A DNA stretch of 64,000 nucleotides from Alphaproteobacteria bacterium (GTDB taxonomy: Bacteria > Pseudomonadota > Alphaproteobacteria > JAAXGF01), in the NCBI GenBank assembly GCA_963555825.3, contig CAUVXB020000001.1:768001-832000 (forward strand), given 5' to 3'. Below the pieces are notes generated by a model. It saw nothing but the letters and a program-made list of their open reading frames with translations. It searched no databases and was not told where the DNA came from. Of this stretch, positions 29,154 to 38,974 are shown piece by piece. The position numbers and the translations under genes are program-made. Within the stretch, counting starts at the first letter, position 1. Each line of letters opens with the position of its first letter.

Positions 29154-30453
29154 CCGAGTATTCGGTGAATTTCCGCGCAAACCGAGCGGCGTCGGCCGGG
29201 TCGAGTCCGACGCGAATATGGGCGCTTCGCTCGTCATCGACACGCTCGAGAACGTGACCCCTGCGATACAGCCAGGCGAGCGCGGCGCCGTCCTCGAGCG
29301 CGACGGTTACCTCGACGGTTCGCCGGTCGACGGCGAGCCGGTCGTCGATCACCTGCAACAAGTCGTTGCAACCCCGGCCGGTCAGTGCCGAAACCGGCAC
29401 GCAGCGGCGGTCGCGGAGGAAGATATTGTCCAGCCGTTCGCGCTCGGTGGCGTCGAGCAGGTCGGTCTTGTTGAGCGCCTCGGTAAGGCCACGGTCGACG
29501 GCATCACCGAGGCCCAGTTCGGCGAGGACGGCGTGGACGTCGTCGCGCTGCGTGATGCTTTCGGGATGCGCGATATCACGCACGTGAACGACGATCTCAG
29601 CCGAGAGAACCTCTTCGAGCGTCGCCCGGAAGGCGGCGATCAGCCCGGTCGGCAGGTCCGAGATGAAGCCGACCGTATCGGACAGAATGACGCGCCGTCC
29701 CGACGGCAGGTCGACGCCCCGAAGAGTCGGATCGAGCGTCGCGAACAGCTTGTCCTCGGCGGTCACGGTCGCGTCGGTCAGCCGGTTGAACAGCGTCGAC
29801 TTGCCGGCGTTGGTATAGCCGACCAGCGCGACCACCGGATAGGGCACGCGCTGACGCGCTTGCCGGTGCAGGCCGCGCGTTCGTGCGACGCCCTCGAGGT
29901 CGCGCCGGATACGCGTGATGCGCTCGTCGATCTGGCGGCGGTCGGCTTCGATCTGTGATTCACCCGGGCCGCCGAGAAATCCGAAGCCGCCACGCTGACG
30001 TTCGAGGTGGGTCCAGGAGCGCACCAGCCGGCTGCGCTGATAGCTCAACGCTGCGAGCTCGACCTGCAGGCTGCCCTCGCGGGTGCGCGCCCGATCGCCG
30101 AAGATCTCGAGGATCAGGCCGGTCCGGTCGATGACCTTGCAGTGCCAGGCCTTCTCGAGGTTGCGCTGCTGGACCGGCGTCAAGGGACTGTCGATGATTG
30201 CGATTTCGATCGAGTCCGCGGCGACCCGGCCGGCCAACTCGTCCACCCTGCCCTTGCCGAGCAGGGTGGACGAGCGGCGTTTCGAGAGCGTCACGACTTC
30301 GGCGTCGACGACCTCGAGCGAGATCGCCAAAGCCAAGCCGACGGCTTCGGCCAGCCGGCCTTCGGCCGCGCGTCCGGATCGTTCGCGCGTGATGCGCGGG
30401 TGCAGCACCAGCGCCCGCCCCCGCGAAGGGACAGCGCCGTTGACCCGGCTCAG
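29149..30453 (-). CDS. hflX: GTPase HflX (start uncertain: CTG 30453 or GTG 30408)
   Basis: QQRNLE, LILEIF, HLERQRGG, GYTNAGKST, DTVGF. Confidence 0.95.
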   Translation of the reverse strand: MSRVNGAVPSRGRALVLHPRITRERSGRAAEGRLAEAVGLALAISLEVVDAEVVTLSKRRSSTLLGKGRVDELAGRVAADSIEIAIIDSPLTPVQQRNLEKAWHCKVIDRTGLILEIFGDRARTREGSLQVELAALSYQRSRLVRSWTHLERQRGGFGFLGGPGESQIEADRRQIDERITRIRRDLEGVARTRGLHRQARQRVPYPVVALVGYTNAGKSTLFNRLTDATVTAEDKLFATLDPTLRGVDLPSGRRVILSDTVGFISDLPTGLIAAFRATLEEVLSAEIVVHVRDIAHPESITQRDDVHAVLAELGLGDAVDRGLTEALNKTDLLDATERERLDNIFLRDRRCVPVSALTGRGCNDLLQVIDDRLAVDRRTVEVTVALEDGAALAWLYRRGHVLERVDDERSAHIRVGLDPADAARFARKFTEYSA

Positions 30454-30457
30454 CGGA

Positions 30458-30718
30458 TCATTCTTCGGCGGCGTTTTCGGCCTCCTTCGACGGATCGAAG
30501 AGCTGAATCGAGGCGGCCGGCATCACAGTCGAGATGGCGTGCTTGTAGACGAGCTGTACGTGGCCGTCCCGGCGCAGCAACACCGAGAACGTGTCGAACG
30601 AACTGATGACGCCTTGAAGCTTGACGCCGTTGATGAGGAAAACGGTAACCGGCAGCTTGTTCTTGCGGACGTGGTTGAGAAAGACGTCCTGAACGTTTTG
30701 TGACTTTTCGTTGGACAT
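30458..30718 (-). CDS. hfq: RNA chaperone Hfq
   Basis: [29 protein letters not shown]. Confidence 0.97.
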   Translation of the reverse strand: MSNEKSQNVQDVFLNHVRKNKLPVTVFLINGVKLQGVISSFDTFSVLLRRDGHVQLVYKHAISTVMPAASIQLFDPSKEAENAAEE

Positions 30719-30884
30719 TCGGCTGTCCCCTTTCTGGCCCACCAGGGGTTTCTCGTTGGCCCGACGCCATTATTGATTGTTCTGACGTCGCCATACTACC
30801 CTACCACCAAGACAGATAATCTATCAGGATTTCTTATCCAGTGCCGGGGCCGATTCAAATTTATTGGCCGCGCCGCGATCAGGG

Positions 30885-32945
30885 TTAGTCCTTCGGCGGC
30901 TTGCCGCCGCCCTTGCCGCCACCACTCCCGCCATTGCCGCTACCGCCAGAGCCGCCACCGCCCTTCTTGACGCTGATCGAGACGGTCGCGCTGTCGGCGC
31001 CGCCGTTGCCGTCGTCGACGCCGAAGTCGAACGAATCGATACCCGTGTAGTTGTTGTCCGGCGTGTAGGTCAAGCTGGCGCCCGACCCCGAGAGCGTGCC
31101 GTGCGACGGTCCCAAGACGATCGTGTAGACGAGCGCGTCACTATCGGCGTCACTTGCCGTGAGCGTAAAGCCGAGCGGCGTGTTCTTCTTGGTGTTGACC
31201 GATTGGCCGTCGGCGACCGGCGCATCATTGAGCGCCGTCACGGTGATCGACACGCTGGCGGAATCACTGCCGCCTTCGCCGTCCGAGACCGTGTAATCGA
31301 AGCTGTCGACACCGTTGAAGTCGGCATTCGGCGTATAGGTGACGGTGTCATCCGCGTTGATCGCGGCCGCGCCGTCAGCGCCCTGGGTCACGACGGTGAC
31401 CGCGAGGCTATCGCCGTCAGCATCGCTGTCGTTGTCGAGCACGGCGATCGTGATTGCGCCGTCCTCCGCGACGTTCGCTTCGTCGTCCGTAGCCACCGGG
31501 GGATTGTTCGACGTCGGCGCGCCGACTGTGATGTCGACGACGGCCACGGCGCTTTCCGACAACGGATCGCGCGCGACGAAGGCGATGTCGTCGACGCCCT
31601 CGAAGCCGGCATCCGGTGTGTAGACAAGGTTCGCGCCGTCCCCCGACAGGACGCCGTTGAGCGGTTGTACGACGACCTCGAAGGTCAGTGGGTCGTCGTT
31701 GTCGTCATTGGCGGTAAGTAAGATCGCGAGCGGCGTGCCGACCGCCGTCACGAGCTGCTGGGCATCGCCGACCGGCATGGCGAGCCCGCCCCAGTCGCCC
31801 CAGGTTTGCGTCGCTGTGTCGCCGTCGGTCATGGTGACCTTGGCGGCGACGCAGCGTGCCGGGCCGACCAGCTCGTGGAAAGTGAGTCCGAGGAAATAAT
31901 CGGCCGGCGGGTCGTAGTCGGCGGTGCGGATCGTGACGCCGTTGAACAGCCCATCGTGGAAGTCGGCCGGGTCCTGGGCGTCCATGTGCACGTTGGCGTT
32001 ATAAGACGCGCCGTGGTCGGCATAGTAAGGGCACTCATTGACGCCGCCGGCGCCGAAGCTCTCCCACGGTACATTGGTCGAATCCTTGTGCGTGTACTGA
32101 CGGTTCCAGACATCCATGTCGAACCACGACGGATAGACGTTGTAGCCGCGCGTGTCGGGCGTGTTGCCGGGCTGCGTGACATGCAGCGTCGCGTCGTCGT
32201 AGACGTACAGCTCGGCGCGGTTGATGTCGACCCGCTGGGCCGTCACCGTGATCTCGACGACCGGCGCCAAGGGATCGGACTGATCGACCGGACCCAAGGT
32301 GACCGTCGGCGAGGTGGCATCCTGGTAGGGCAGCACGAACAACGTGTGCACGGTGTCGCGCTGCCATCGGCTGAACACGTCATCGGCCGGCGCGTCGCGC
32401 AGCTCGAAGTGCAGGTGGTCGAAGCCGCTCGCGCTCTCGCCGGTATAGCCGATCAGGTCGCCCTTGCTGATGACGTCGTCGGCCGCGACGGCCCAACCGC
32501 TAAGATGCATGTAGTTGCTGTGATAGCAGCCGACACCCGAGCAGCTCGCAAGACCGGGGCGAAAATGACGGAGTTGGACCAGCGGATCGGAATAGCCGGA
32601 GTGGTTGCCGGCGATGATGACCTCGCCGTCGGCGATGGCGAACACCGGCGTGCCGATCGGCGTCGGGATGTCGATGCCGCGGTGGAAGTCGTAACGCGAA
32701 TTCTCGGACGTCAGCTCGCGCGGGCCATAGGTCGACTCGAGCGGCAGGTCGGTGAACGCGGGATCGCCCCAGCGTTCGCTCGGGCAGCCGTCGGCTTCGG
32801 CCCAGCCCTGTGGCGGGGTCTCGGCGATGCGGCCGCACAGCGGCCAGGCCGGCGTCGGGTCATATTGCTGAGCCGACGCGGCCGTGCTCCAGGCCAGCAC
32901 GACGCCGAAGCCTGATCCAAGCAACAGTTTACCCAGGTTCCGCAC
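30885..32945 (-). CDS. Secreted M23 metallopeptidase with three Ig/cadherin-like repeats and a Gly/Lys tail
   Basis: Signal peptide; FHRGID and HLHF zinc motifs; repeats of PVAxDD...YTP...GxDSFxY; GGAGG RBS. Confidence 0.85.
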   Translation of the reverse strand: MRNLGKLLLGSGFGVVLAWSTAASAQQYDPTPAWPLCGRIAETPPQGWAEADGCPSERWGDPAFTDLPLESTYGPRELTSENSRYDFHRGIDIPTPIGTPVFAIADGEVIIAGNHSGYSDPLVQLRHFRPGLASCSGVGCYHSNYMHLSGWAVAADDVISKGDLIGYTGESASGFDHLHFELRDAPADDVFSRWQRDTVHTLFVLPYQDATSPTVTLGPVDQSDPLAPVVEITVTAQRVDINRAELYVYDDATLHVTQPGNTPDTRGYNVYPSWFDMDVWNRQYTHKDSTNVPWESFGAGGVNECPYYADHGASYNANVHMDAQDPADFHDGLFNGVTIRTADYDPPADYFLGLTFHELVGPARCVAAKVTMTDGDTATQTWGDWGGLAMPVGDAQQLVTAVGTPLAILLTANDDNDDPLTFEVVVQPLNGVLSGDGANLVYTPDAGFEGVDDIAFVARDPLSESAVAVVDITVGAPTSNNPPVATDDEANVAEDGAITIAVLDNDSDADGDSLAVTVVTQGADGAAAINADDTVTYTPNADFNGVDSFDYTVSDGEGGSDSASVSITVTALNDAPVADGQSVNTKKNTPLGFTLTASDADSDALVYTIVLGPSHGTLSGSGASLTYTPDNNYTGIDSFDFGVDDGNGGADSATVSISVKKGGGGSGGSGNGGSGGGKGGGKPPKD

Positions 32946-32987
32946 CCTCCAAACGTCCGCGTCCGTCGTCTTGCGTTCCCCGCCGCG

Positions 32988-33027
32988 CAAAAAATACGAG
33001 CCCCCTCCCTCGCGGGCGGGGGCTCGG
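32988..33027 (-). terminator. Rho-independent terminator after the HAD gene
   Basis: CGAGCCCCC...GGGGGCTCG hairpin followed by TATTTTTT on the - strand. Confidence 0.75.
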
Positions 33028-33145
33028 CATATCCGATAACCCTCGGTCCGATGACAGTGCCGTCCAACCGGATTGCCACACCATCGTTGGCCGACAAACT
33101 ACCATCGGCACCCGGGCGGCACAGGGCGGTGAGGAGTGACGACTG

Positions 33146-33799
33146 TCACAGTTCGCGCACTATCGCGGCCAGCTCGGCACAGTTTTCGAAGCGCCAGGGC
33201 GTTCGCTCGGGGCCGGGCTCGTGGCCCGTCGTCACCGCGCCGCGCATCAGCATCGGCACGCAACCGGCGGCCTCGGCGCATTCGATATCGACCGCGTTGT
33301 CTCCGACGAACCAGACGTCCCCGCCGCGGCTGATGCCGCTGCCCTCGAGTGCGAGATCGACAGCCTTGGTCGACGGTTTGTCCTCCTCGGCGTCGAACGC
33401 GCCGACCGCACGATCAAAATAGTCCTGCCAACCCAGGTGATCGATCTCGATGCGCAGGTTGACGCCGCTCTTGTTGCTGACCAGGGCCAGGTAGATACCG
33501 GCGTCGCGCACGGCGTCGAGCACATCGACCGCGCCGGGCATCGGCTGGATATGCTGAAGGTGATGCGTCTGGTAGCTGGTATAGAAGATATCACGCGCCG
33601 CCTCCCATCGATCGTTGAACAGCGTGGGAAAGAAGTCGCGCATCGACCGCGCGATCTGGCGGCAGGTGTCCTCGTAGGTCCATGTTTCGTGGCCCATCGC
33701 CGCGAGCGTCTCGTTGAGCGCGATATGGATGACGCCGAACGAATCGACCAGCGTGTTGTCCCAATCGAACAGGATCGCACGCGGCCGGGTCAGGCGCAC
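33146..33799 (-). CDS. HAD-family hydrolase (phosphoglycolate phosphatase-like)
   Basis: FDWDNTLVDS, VSNK, DKP, FVGD...D. Confidence 0.9.
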   Translation of the reverse strand: MRLTRPRAILFDWDNTLVDSFGVIHIALNETLAAMGHETWTYEDTCRQIARSMRDFFPTLFNDRWEAARDIFYTSYQTHHLQHIQPMPGAVDVLDAVRDAGIYLALVSNKSGVNLRIEIDHLGWQDYFDRAVGAFDAEEDKPSTKAVDLALEGSGISRGGDVWFVGDNAVDIECAEAAGCVPMLMRGAVTTGHEPGPERTPWRFENCAELAAIVREL

Positions 33800-34656
33800 G
33801 CGCCGATCCCGTCGCGCATATAGGCGAGGTAGAGGCCGAGCAGCCGCCGGCTGGTCTCGCCCGGCTCGCCGTTGCCGATAACCTTGTCGTCGATCTGGGT
33901 GATTGGCCTGACGAAGTTGGTCGTGCTCGAGATGAACGCCTCGCGCGCCGCCTTGGCTTCTTCGATGGTGAAGGGCCGCTCGACGACCTCGATGCCGTCC
34001 TCGCGGGCCAGACGGATCAGCGTCTGGCGCGTGATGCCGCCGAGGATCGCGTTGCTCGTCGGGCGCGTGACGAGTCGTCCGTCGCCGTCCATGATCCAGG
34101 CGTTGGTCGAGCTGCCCTCGGTGACATAGCCTTCGTTGTCGACCATGAACGATTCGTAGGCGCCTTCGGACAGCGCGTGTTGCTTGGCGAGCACGTTGGG
34201 CAACAGCGCGATCGATTTGACGTCGCAGCGCTCCCAGCGGATGTCACGCATGCTGACCGCCTTCGACCCCTTCACCGTCTCCGCATCGTTCATGAAGGTC
34301 ACGCGCTTGGCGGTGACGACGAGCGCCGGGCGCGTGTCGGCCGGGAACGGGTGATTGCGCGACGCGACGCCGCGGGTCACCTGAAGATAGACCATGCCGT
34401 CGCGCACGCGGTTGCGGCGAATGGTCTCGTTCATGACTGTTTCGAGCGGGCCGCGCGCCATCGGGATGTCGATCTGGAGCTCGCGGAGCGAACGTTCGAG
34501 CCGATCGAGATGCGGGCCGCCATCGACCAAGGCGCCACCAGCGACGGCAACGACCTCGTAGACGCCGTCGGCGAACTGGTAGCCGCGATCCTCGATATGG
34601 ACCTGGGCGGCGCCATGCGGCACGTAACGGCCGTTGACATAGGCTACACGTGACAT
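33790..34656 (-). CDS. dat: D-amino-acid transaminase (class IV)
   Basis: EDRGYQFADGVYEV, QVTRG, DVKS, EGSSTN, ILGGITR. Confidence 0.92.
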   Translation of the reverse strand: MSRVAYVNGRYVPHGAAQVHIEDRGYQFADGVYEVVAVAGGALVDGGPHLDRLERSLRELQIDIPMARGPLETVMNETIRRNRVRDGMVYLQVTRGVASRNHPFPADTRPALVVTAKRVTFMNDAETVKGSKAVSMRDIRWERCDVKSIALLPNVLAKQHALSEGAYESFMVDNEGYVTEGSSTNAWIMDGDGRLVTRPTSNAILGGITRQTLIRLAREDGIEVVERPFTIEEAKAAREAFISSTTNFVRPITQIDDKVIGNGEPGETSRRLLGLYLAYMRDGIGACA

Positions 34657-34672
34657 TCGGACGATCCTCGGT

Positions 34673-36124
34673 TCAGCGTCGCCAGAACATCGGCGCGAGC
34701 AGCGCCAAGACGGTGACGAATTCAAGCCGGCCCAACAGCATGGCCACGCAGAGTACCCATTTCGCGGCATCGGGCAACAGCGCATAACCGGCTTCGGGCC
34801 CGACGACCATGCCAAGGCCGGCGCCGGCGTTGGTAAGGGTGGCCAGCGCCATGCCGAGGGCGGCGGCGGGATCGAGACCCCACATCGACAGGACGACCGT
34901 CAACAGTACGAAGGCCGCAAGAAACAGAGAAAAGAACGTCCATAGCGCCTTGATCGCCGACTCGGGCACCGAGCGATCGCCATAACGAATGCGCACCACG
35001 CCGTGCGGATGCGACAGCCGCGCGAGCTCGCGGCGGCCGTGCTTGAAGGCGAGAATGAGGCGGATGAGCTTGGCGCCACCGCCCGTCGAACCGCTCGAGC
35101 CGCCGACGAACATCAGCGCGAGCAGGAGAACCGGCACGACGGTCGGCCACATCGTCGTTCCGCCATTGATGAAGCCGGTGGTGGTCAGCGCCGAAACAGC
35201 CGAGAACATGCCGTGGCGCAGCGCGTCGCCGCCACCCAACGTTCCTTGATGCATCAACAAGAGGCCCGCGACGAGCGTGGCGATTGCCGCGGTGACGATC
35301 AACAGCGCGCATTCGGGGTCGTACCGCCAGACCCCAAAGCGACCGTGCACGAGCGCCCAGTAAAGCGTGAAGTTCATGGCGGCGGCCAACATGAAAACGA
35401 CGAGGACGGCTTCGACGTTCGCATTGTCGAACGCGGCCACCGAGGCATCGCGCGTTGAGAAGCCGCCCGTCGACACCGTGCTGAGGGCATGGCCCAGGGC
35501 GTCGAACGTGGGCATGCCGGCGAACCAGAGGGAAACCGCGCAGGCCGCCGTAAATGTGGCGTAGATCCATCCCAGCACGGCGGACGAGCGCAGGACGCGC
35601 GCCTCCACCGTTGCGTGATCGCCATGCGGCATGGCGCTCTGGAATACTTCCATACCGCCGATCCCCAGCATGGTCAGAACCGATACCGCGATGATGATCG
35701 TTCCGAAGCCGCCGATCCATTGCAACCAGGCGCGCCAGAAGACAACGCCGCGGCCGAGTTCGTCGAGGCCGGTAATCAGCGTCGCCCCGGTCGTCGTGAG
35801 GCCAGAGACCGACTCGAAGATGGCGTCTGTTGGGTTGCTGAGCACATCGAGCAAATAGAACGGCGCTGCGCCGATGATCGCAAGTACAGGCCAGGCCAGC
35901 GCGACCAGCAAAAAGCACCCACGCCGCCCGATACGCCGCTCGCCGCCCTGGGTCGCGAACACCATACCGATGCCGAAGAACAGCGCAACCGCGGCAACTC
36001 CGGCGAAGACCGCGGCGTCACGCGTCTCGCCATAGCCGAGCGCGACGGCGGCAGGCGCCAACATCAATCCGGCAAAGCCGGCGATCAACCATCCGAGGTT
36101 GGCGATGACCGGGGCGAAAGACAC
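34673..36124 (-). CDS. trkH: Trk potassium uptake membrane protein
   Basis: ESVSGLTTTG, VSTGGF, GGSSGSTGGG, LGRLE. Confidence 0.92.
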   Translation of the reverse strand: MSFAPVIANLGWLIAGFAGLMLAPAAVALGYGETRDAAVFAGVAAVALFFGIGMVFATQGGERRIGRRGCFLLVALAWPVLAIIGAAPFYLLDVLSNPTDAIFESVSGLTTTGATLITGLDELGRGVVFWRAWLQWIGGFGTIIIAVSVLTMLGIGGMEVFQSAMPHGDHATVEARVLRSSAVLGWIYATFTAACAVSLWFAGMPTFDALGHALSTVSTGGFSTRDASVAAFDNANVEAVLVVFMLAAAMNFTLYWALVHGRFGVWRYDPECALLIVTAAIATLVAGLLLMHQGTLGGGDALRHGMFSAVSALTTTGFINGGTTMWPTVVPVLLLALMFVGGSSGSTGGGAKLIRLILAFKHGRRELARLSHPHGVVRIRYGDRSVPESAIKALWTFFSLFLAAFVLLTVVLSMWGLDPAAALGMALATLTNAGAGLGMVVGPEAGYALLPDAAKWVLCVAMLLGRLEFVTVLALLAPMFWRR

Positions 36125-36152
36125 TCGGTATTCCCGTCGTAAATACCGGCGC

Positions 36153-37529
36153 CTAGAAGAATTCCAGGCGCACCGAGAACAACTTCTCGACTTCCTTGAC
36201 CATGCCGGCCGCGGCGAGGATGACGACACGGTCGTTGGCCTTCACGACACTGTCACCGCGCGGCATGATGACCTCGTCGCCGCGCACGATGGCGCCGACG
36301 ATGATGCCCTGCGGCAACTTGATCTCGCGTAACGGCGCGCCGACCAACGGCGAGGTTTCGAGCGCCTCGGCCTCGATCACCTCTGCCAGACCCTCGCGAA
36401 TGCTGTGGACGGCGCGGATGCGACCGCGTCGGACGTGCTGCAGGATCGTCGACACCGTCACGTCGCGCGGACTGACCGCGACGTTGATGCCGAGCGGCTC
36501 CACCAATGGCGCGTACGTCATATTGTTGATCAGCGTCACCGCGCGCTGGGCGCCGTAGCGCTTGGCCAGCAGCGACGCCAGAATATTGACTTCGTCGTCG
36601 TTCGAGACCGCGACAATCGTTTCGGTCGCGGCGACGTTGGCTTCTTCCAAAATGTCTCGGTCGAGTGCGCTGCCGTTGAGCACCACCGTGCGCGACAATT
36701 GGCCGGCCAGTTGCTCGGCGCGATCCTTGGAGAGCTCGATGATCTTGAGGTTGACGTCGGGGTAGTGTTGCTCGATCTCTTGGGCGAGAAACAGGCCGAT
36801 GTTGCCGCCGCCGATGATAATGACGCGCCTGGCTTCCTTTTCGTCGTGGCCGAAGGCTGACAACGCCCGTTCCATATGCTCGGCGGTTACCGTGAAATAG
36901 ACATCGTCGCCGGGCAGCATGTGCTCGTCCCCGCTGGGTACGATCATGCGGTCGCCGCGATTGATGCCGACGACGAACATGCTGAGATCGGGAAACACCT
37001 CGGTGAGCTGCCGAAGCGGCGTGTTGATGATCGGGCAATCGGCGCCGCAGTGGACGCCGACGACACGCACGCGACCATCTGCGAAGGGAATCATGTCGAT
37101 CGCACCGGGCACCTGAAGTCGGCGGATGACCGCGCGCGCGACCTCGACCTCGGGCGAGATGATGACGTCGATCGGCATGTTGTCGCGGCTGAACAGGTCG
37201 CGCCAGATCGGCTTGAGATAACTCTGGTGGCGCACGCGGGCGATCTTGGTCGGCACGTTGAAGATCGAATGGCAGACCTGACACGCCACCATGTTGACCT
37301 CGTCGGCGAGGGTCACCGCGATGACCATGTCGGCGTCCGCCGCACCGGCCCGCTCGAGCAAATCCGGATGCGACGCGAAACCGACCAATCCCTTGACGTC
37401 GAGCGTATCGCTGATCGAGCGCACCAATTCGGGACGCTGATCGATCACCGTCACGTCGTTGCGCTCGCTGGCAAGGTGGCGCGCAATGTTGTAGCCGACC
37501 TGACCGGCGCCACAGACGACGACCTTCAT
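36153..37529 (-). CDS. trkA: Trk potassium uptake protein TrkA
   Basis: Two RCK domains (GAGQVG, GGGNIG). Confidence 0.95.
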   Translation of the reverse strand: MKVVVCGAGQVGYNIARHLASERNDVTVIDQRPELVRSISDTLDVKGLVGFASHPDLLERAGAADADMVIAVTLADEVNMVACQVCHSIFNVPTKIARVRHQSYLKPIWRDLFSRDNMPIDVIISPEVEVARAVIRRLQVPGAIDMIPFADGRVRVVGVHCGADCPIINTPLRQLTEVFPDLSMFVVGINRGDRMIVPSGDEHMLPGDDVYFTVTAEHMERALSAFGHDEKEARRVIIIGGGNIGLFLAQEIEQHYPDVNLKIIELSKDRAEQLAGQLSRTVVLNGSALDRDILEEANVAATETIVAVSNDDEVNILASLLAKRYGAQRAVTLINNMTYAPLVEPLGINVAVSPRDVTVSTILQHVRRGRIRAVHSIREGLAEVIEAEALETSPLVGAPLREIKLPQGIIVGAIVRGDEVIMPRGDSVVKANDRVVILAAAGMVKEVEKLFSVRLEFF

Positions 37530-38974
37530 CACCAGCCGCGCCCCATGGATCGCTCGGCCGGCGTTGCAGCGGCATTGTCGGCCCGCGCCTGGCCGTCGCC
37601 ACCGATGCCGAGGCCCTTGAGCTTGCGGTGTAGCGCTGACCGCTCCATGCCGATGAACGCCGCCGTGCGCGAGATATTGCCGCCGAATCGCATGATTTGC
37701 GCGGCCAGGTACTGCCGCTCGAACATCTCGCGCGCCTTACGCAGGGGCATCGCCATGATCTCGCCGGTATGCTCGCTGCGCATGGCAGGCGGAGCACTGG
37801 CGGAGAGTTCCGGCGGCAACATGTCGGCGCGGATCGCGCTCTCGGCATCACCAGGCGCCATGATCAACAGCCATTCGACCAGATTTCGCAACTGGCGCAC
37901 GTTTCCGGGCCAGTCGCAGGCCTGGAGCGCGGCGAGCGCGTCGTCGCCGATTTCGCGCGGCGGCAACCCCAACGAATCTGCCGCCCGCGCCATGAAATGG
38001 CGGGCCAGCAAGGGAATGTCTTCGGGGTGGTCGCGCAGCGCCGGCAAATTCATCGGCACGACATTGAGACGGTAATAGAGGTCTTCTCGAAAATTGCCGG
38101 CGGCGATTTCCACCGCGAGATCGCGGTTCGAAGCGGCGATGAACCTGACATCGACCTCGACCATCTGATCGCCACCAACCCGCTTGAATGCTTGGTCCTG
38201 CAGGAACCGGAGCATCTTGGCCTGCGTTTCAAGCGGCATGTCGCCGACCTCGTCGATGAACAAAGTGCCGCCATGCGCTTGCTCGAAGGTGCCCGTCTTG
38301 CGTGGCGTGTCCGGGCCTTGCGCACCGGCTTCCATGCCGAACAGTTCGGCTTCCATGCGTCCGGGTGTCATCGTCGCCGAACTCAAAACGACGAATGGCG
38401 CATCCGATCGTCGCGACCAGGCGTGCAACAGGCGCGCGACGACCTCCTTGCCGACGCCGGGCGCTCCGGTAATCAGGACGCGGCTGCCGGTCGGTGCCAC
38501 GCGCTCGATCACGGCGCGCAATTGGTTGATCGCCTGGGAATCGCCGATCAACTCAGGGCTGCCGCCGGCCCGAAGTCGCAACTCCTGGACCTCGCGCTTG
38601 AGGCGCGCGGCCTCGACGGCACGTTCGACGACAAGCAGCAGGCGGTCGGCCTGAAAGGGTTTTTGGATGAAATCATACGCGCCGATCTTGATCGCCCTCA
38701 CGGCGGTCTCAATGTTACCGTGGCCGCTTATGATGACGACCGGGAGTTCGGGGTAGTCGCGTTTGACGATATCGAGAATTTCCAGGCCATCGAGTCGCGA
38801 ACCCTGAAGCCAGATATCGAGAATCAATAGCGCGGGAATGCGCGATTCGATCGCCGTCAAGGCCGCATCGCTGTCGGCGGCTTCGCGTGCTTGGTACCCC
38901 TCGTCACTCAGGATTCCCGCAATCAAGAGCCGGATATCGGCCTCGTCGTCGACGATCAGAATATCAAGCGCCAT
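37529..38974 (-). CDS. ntrX: NtrC-family response regulator NtrX
   Basis: LDIWLQGS receiver, AAA+ domain lacking GAFTGA, GMERSALHRKL HTH. Confidence 0.93.
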   Translation of the reverse strand: MALDILIVDDEADIRLLIAGILSDEGYQAREAADSDAALTAIESRIPALLILDIWLQGSRLDGLEILDIVKRDYPELPVVIISGHGNIETAVRAIKIGAYDFIQKPFQADRLLLVVERAVEAARLKREVQELRLRAGGSPELIGDSQAINQLRAVIERVAPTGSRVLITGAPGVGKEVVARLLHAWSRRSDAPFVVLSSATMTPGRMEAELFGMEAGAQGPDTPRKTGTFEQAHGGTLFIDEVGDMPLETQAKMLRFLQDQAFKRVGGDQMVEVDVRFIAASNRDLAVEIAAGNFREDLYYRLNVVPMNLPALRDHPEDIPLLARHFMARAADSLGLPPREIGDDALAALQACDWPGNVRQLRNLVEWLLIMAPGDAESAIRADMLPPELSASAPPAMRSEHTGEIMAMPLRKAREMFERQYLAAQIMRFGGNISRTAAFIGMERSALHRKLKGLGIGGDGQARADNAAATPAERSMGRGW

